Assembly: GCA_002633005.1 (NCBI GenBank)
Contig: NMRA01000338.1
Coordinates: forward strand, 432,106 to 496,105
DNA length: 64,000 nucleotides
Source of the DNA: Phoronis australis
Lineage: Eukaryota > Animalia > Phoronida
Direction of reading: 5' to 3'
Part shown: in pieces, positions 60,761 to 64,000 of the stretch
Position numbering within the stretch: position 1 is the stretch's first letter
How the letters are laid out: every line of letters begins with the position of its first letter
Notes under the pieces: model-generated
What the model was told of the DNA's origin: nothing
The model's database searches: none
Seen by the model: the letters and a program-made list of their open reading frames with translations, nothing else
Program-made: the position numbers and the translations under genes

Positions 60761-62675
60761 GTACAAATTACCAGTTCGCCACGCTAAGATGAATTAGGTA
60801 CTAGGACAAGTATTACCAGGAAGTGGTTATCTCTATCTAATAATACTAGATAGTTAAAGAAAAGTAGCGTATTACTGAAGTAATTGCCTTGAGACATGCA
60901 TCTCAGCACACCTTACGTGCGTTTCATTTTTTGAAAAAAACGTCTGCATATCAATGTTATTATTATTCCTTGGTATAACGTGAAGTAGACAATTCCAATC
61001 ACCTTTCTGGAATTTGGGTCTGTGCAAATGCATACGTCGACCACCGGCTTCGGCCGCCCAACAGCTTGTTCACAGGCACCCGCGGGTAACCGATCGATGT
61101 ATAGACAATGTATGTGCGTGCCTTACCAACCATTACAGAGTGTTTTTGGTGTCGTGCATTCTTCTTTTTTCAATGTTAGCATATCATTTTTTATAACTCT
61201 ATCGTTTTTTAAAATTTTGCTGCCACCTTTTATTCAAACTGACTTATGCCCTCATTTCCGAATATGCACATGAACACATACATGTACAGTTCCATTGGTC
61301 AGTTCAGTGTTGTATACAATGATAAGACGTTACATGCACGCATATTGCTCATCGATTTCCATGGGTTTCTATTAATTTTGTTCTACTTTGTGTTCAAGTG
61401 TTTCACACGAACCCATTTGTTAGAATAAATCAAGTGGCGTCGGGTCAAGGAATTTTTGACCCATAGCCTACTAAAAACTTTGGGAATGCAGTGATGTAAT
61501 GGCTCGCCGGAGAGCGGCCCGATTGACAGCTGATCGTCTTGTCGGAACAACCGGAACTGAAAAACAGGTACTATACAATTATAGCGACGAAAAAGGTTAA
61601 TCACTGTGTCAGTAATACCATTTTCTAAACTTGGCAGTGATTGTCTTTTCGAGTGACGGAGCCGGCAAAATCTCAAAGGCCCTAGCAGCACTCCGTGACT
61701 GAAAATTTCAGCCAAAGCATTAGGAATTTTGTCTTTGCATTGGCTTATATGACCGTTTAACCAATGCATGGGTTTACATTGCTTTATGTTACCAATATTT
61801 TAGAACCTCGTTAGTATTTGAAATTTCAAATTTTATTCTGAAAATTCCCCGGCTTCCATAAAGCCACCGTGCTTTTGTTTACATAGCGTTCATCATCAAT
61901 ATGTCGGACCGCGTGCCTCGCGCTGTCGGGCTTGCGAGTATGGTCGTGTCGTCTCTCTATACATAGCTCATTGGTGCTAGCCATTCAGTTTTCTTAGAAT
62001 GAGATCTGATCAGTCAGGTTTCAAGTCATACACTAATGGCGTCTGACGGTTGATATTGGAAGCTCATGTCGTATGACGTGTGAGGTGTGACGCCTCATTT
62101 CAGTGACATCTAACGGTCAAAGTAATAAGAGGATCGTGCCCGAGAACAGGCGTCTTTTGTAAGGGTAAAACATGTCATGCTCAAAGCATCACAGCGCCAC
62201 TAGACTATTTAGTCTTTGGGAACCGAGGCGGTGTCATTTTGTAGGTAAAGAGTTCAAATTTCAAACAAGCACAATGCTTGGATAGCCGACAATTTGAACC
62301 TTTACTTTTGAAATCACGTTTGCCCACGTTAAAATTCACCGTGACCAAAACGGCTGTCCCTTCCTGCAAGTAATGCCTTCCTACTTGTCTGCTGGAGTCT
62401 CCCAGAATGTTCTTTAGTACGTATTCTACACAAATTACATTTTTACTGCTACACAAATAAATGACAACACATTGAAGTACAAAAAATAAGCGAACCATTA
62501 AATCCGGGTTTTTAAGTATAAAACAACGACATAGTAAAGGAAACAAAAACCAAGAACAATATCATCTATCATCATCGGTTATATCAGTCAAGTGCTATCC
62601 GCTAGTGAACAACCAGAACAGCAAAATAAAACTTATGGAACTAAGATCAGTGTCAGTCTAATGTAGATGGACAAT

Positions 62676-63796
62676 TTACACTGTTTGCCATTTGTTACAT
62701 GCACTTCCCTCCCTGAACCACGGACGGCCGTCGACATCCAGTGCCCAGATAGTACCACTTACGTCGTCGATATCAATCAGTTTAAAATTTCCTTCAAAGC
62801 TCGACCATTTTCGTCCAGTGGGGTTTCGCGCACACATTCCGTAACGGAAATACACCAAGTTGTCTGTAGTAGTGATAAAAACCGCGTCATCACCAACGCT
62901 TATTCTACTGACAGTGTATGGGCAATGTACCGTCTCCCAGCCACTTCCAGTCGTCCCTGGTGTCTGATAAGTTCCTTTCCTGTAGATTAGTTCCCCCGTT
63001 GATCTCAAGGCCCAAATGCCTGCTTTTCCCGCGGACACTTGTGCAATGTTAGCTTCAATGTAAGTCCAGCCACTTCCAAACGATGCCAACGATGAACCAA
63101 GCCGCCGGTAAAGATTTTGTCTGCTGTTTACGCACCAAACTTCATTTGAATGGGAGGAAACACTGATTTGGCGCATATAAACATTAACTGACACCCAACT
63201 ACTTCCTCCCGGTTGGTTTGCACTTACTGACGACCTGTAGTAGGTAATTTCATTACTGCCCGTTGCCCAAATCACGTTTGTCCCGGATGAGATGTATCTT
63301 AAGCCGCCTTGTATTTGCATCCAATCACCTCCTGCTGATGGGTTGGTTCCGGGCGCTCTGTATGTGCCTCTTTTGTGCCAGATGGAACCATCCGTATGTG
63401 TCGCCCACACTCCAGACTGTCCGGATGAGATCCAAAAAAATCCGTTTTCGGTTGTATGTGAATCCATCTGTAACCAAATTCCGTAACTGTTGTTTTCTCA
63501 TAAAGATTGGAGCCATTTTGTTTTGTTTCGAGAACAAGGTCACATGACGTAGTTAAGTTGCATATGACGGAGCCTGTGTCCTCTTCCTGTACTGAAAAAG
63601 CAGTACATTCCAGATCCCGAAGGCACACTCGTGCGCACTGTGACACGAAATTCTTCACAATAGTTTGGCTGGTCGCTCTCACGGCAGCCCCTGTTTGTTT
63701 CGAAAACCAACATTCTCTCTTGTTATGTTGAGAGCTAAGTACATATTTCGCACAAAACACCATTGCCACAATTTTCAAAGCATTTAACGGACTCAT
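62676..63796 (-). CDS. Secreted PAN/apple + tectonin-repeat beta-propeller lectin-like protein, intronless, 1-bp frameshift (pseudogene or sequence error)
   Basis: ORF 63299-63796 gives a hydrophobic N-terminus and PAN motif CARVCLRDLECTAFS...CNL...LYEK; ORF 62676-63467 gives tectonin repeats (ISSG..GVWA, WxQIxGGL, VSAGKAGIWA, IWALD..GRPWFR). One extra A in the A4 run (63493-63496) fuses them as LYEKNNSYGIWLQMDS, 373 aa. Confidence 0.8.
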
Positions 63797-64000
63797 CTCG
63801 CTGGCGACTTAACCTTTTCTGAGGCTACGAATCAGTCGCGGGATTAAAAAAAAACGAAAACGAAGGTTATACCGGGAAATCGATTAATGAGCGCCTACTG
63901 AATTGCTAATGTACATTGACATTTAACGCATTCCAAAATAATATGAGATTTTCACAAAGTCTCAAAAATTTTTTTCACTTAATTCAATTGAAAGTGGGTG

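Noticed and set aside
63488-63500. Programmed -1 ribosomal frameshift in the PAN-tectonin gene
   Set aside because: No X_XXY_YYZ slippery heptamer in frame; a homopolymer indel is simpler.

Overview
AT-rich eukaryotic (marine-invertebrate-like) genomic DNA with spliced genes. (1) 1-6809 (+): the 3' part of a gene whose 5.5-kb 'satellite' hides 8 copies (one window-truncated, one broken by an N) of a 123-bp symmetric phase-1 Thr-rich exon, followed by two exons for a 12-Cys Ly6/uPAR (three-finger) domain with no GPI tail. (2) A frameshifted non-LTR (L2/CR1-group) RT remnant. (3) A complete 19-exon FAM91A1 orthologue on the minus strand (854 aa). (4) Divergent from it, a 12-exon gene (~584 aa) with degenerate EF-hands, a long ER/K single-alpha-helix and a C-terminal dynein-type microtubule-binding domain but no motor domain. 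(5) An intronless signal peptide + PAN/apple + tectonin beta-propeller lectin gene split by a 1-bp indel. Introns hold Helentron/HINE elements with arrays of CTCF-like motifs, MITEs with 3-, 5- and 6-bp TSDs, a TA-flanked TIR element with a decayed ORF, minisatellites and assembly artefacts. Gene models were built by hand from GT-AG boundaries and phase continuity; family calls are from remembered motifs, not database searches.
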